A stretch of DNA of 63,996 nucleotides, filler included, from an uncultured Rhodopirellula sp. (GTDB taxonomy: Bacteria; Planctomycetota; Planctomycetia; Pirellulales; Pirellulaceae), in NCBI GenBank assembly GCA_964007735.1. It is 3 parts of 3 records of this genome, joined end to end, with 100 filler letters (N's around TTAATTAATTAA, not from the genome) between each part and the next. Parts side by side here need not be neighbours in the genome. Positions count along the whole stretch, not along the records: positions 54,477 to 63,996 come from CAXGAI010000093.1; 2 more parts are not named here. One strand, given 5' to 3'. The notes beneath the pieces are model-generated. The model worked only from the letters and a program-made list of their open reading frames with translations. It did not search any database and was not told where the DNA came from. The position numbers and the translations under genes were made by a program. The stretch's first letter is position 1; each line of letters opens with the position of its first letter. Below, piece after piece: positions 63,981-63,996 of this stretch.

Positions 63981-63996
63981 TGGGCGATGAGGGACT
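63981..63996 (-). tRNA. 3' end of a probable tRNA-Val, cut by the window edge
   Basis: Minus strand AGT-CCCTC-ATCGCCC-A fits T-loop end, T-stem, acceptor 3' strand and discriminator A. The anticodon is not visible, so Val is inferred from the acceptor sequence. Confidence 0.55.

Larger units (their letters stand above)
62611..63993. mobile_element. Integrase-less mini integrative element at a tRNA 3' end
   Basis: 16-bp identical direct repeats AAGTGGGCGATGAGGG (62611-62626, 63978-63993); identical 26-bp internal repeats near both ends; one cargo gene. Confidence 0.65.

Overview
The window holds three unrelated contig pieces from a Planctomycetota genome, joined by artificial 100-bp spacers (N44-TTAATTAATTAA-N44) at 27493-27592 and 54377-54476. 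The taxonomy is inferred from DUF1552/DUF1592 pairs, a PVC-type CxxCH protein and LE.R.L(L) export leaders. Gene order across the spacers is meaningless. Piece 1 (1-27492) carries a Gld-like ABC operon, an esterase-zincin fusion, a DUF1592/DUF1552 pair, YjbQ, a ceramidase-like protein, a PVC heme protein, three related lipoproteins around an FHA-(pseudo)kinase and a giant S8 protease. Piece 2 (27593-54376) has tRNA-Ser(GCT) flanked on both sides by related tyrosine integrases (one decayed), with the 5' half of the tRNA and its promoter duplicated 2 kb upstream. It continues with three more DUF1592/DUF1552 pairs, an SGNH hydrolase, a sulfite oxidase, a cupin and a giant GH13-zincin protein. Piece 3 (54477-63996) is an accretion zone downstream of a probable tRNA-Val 3' end. 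It has three att-like copies, a 1.4-kb integrase-less mini-element with paired arm-type repeats, and a cassette-like run of small membrane/secreted genes separated by four copies of an unrecognised ~30-bp motif. All protein calls come from motif recognition by eye, not database searches.
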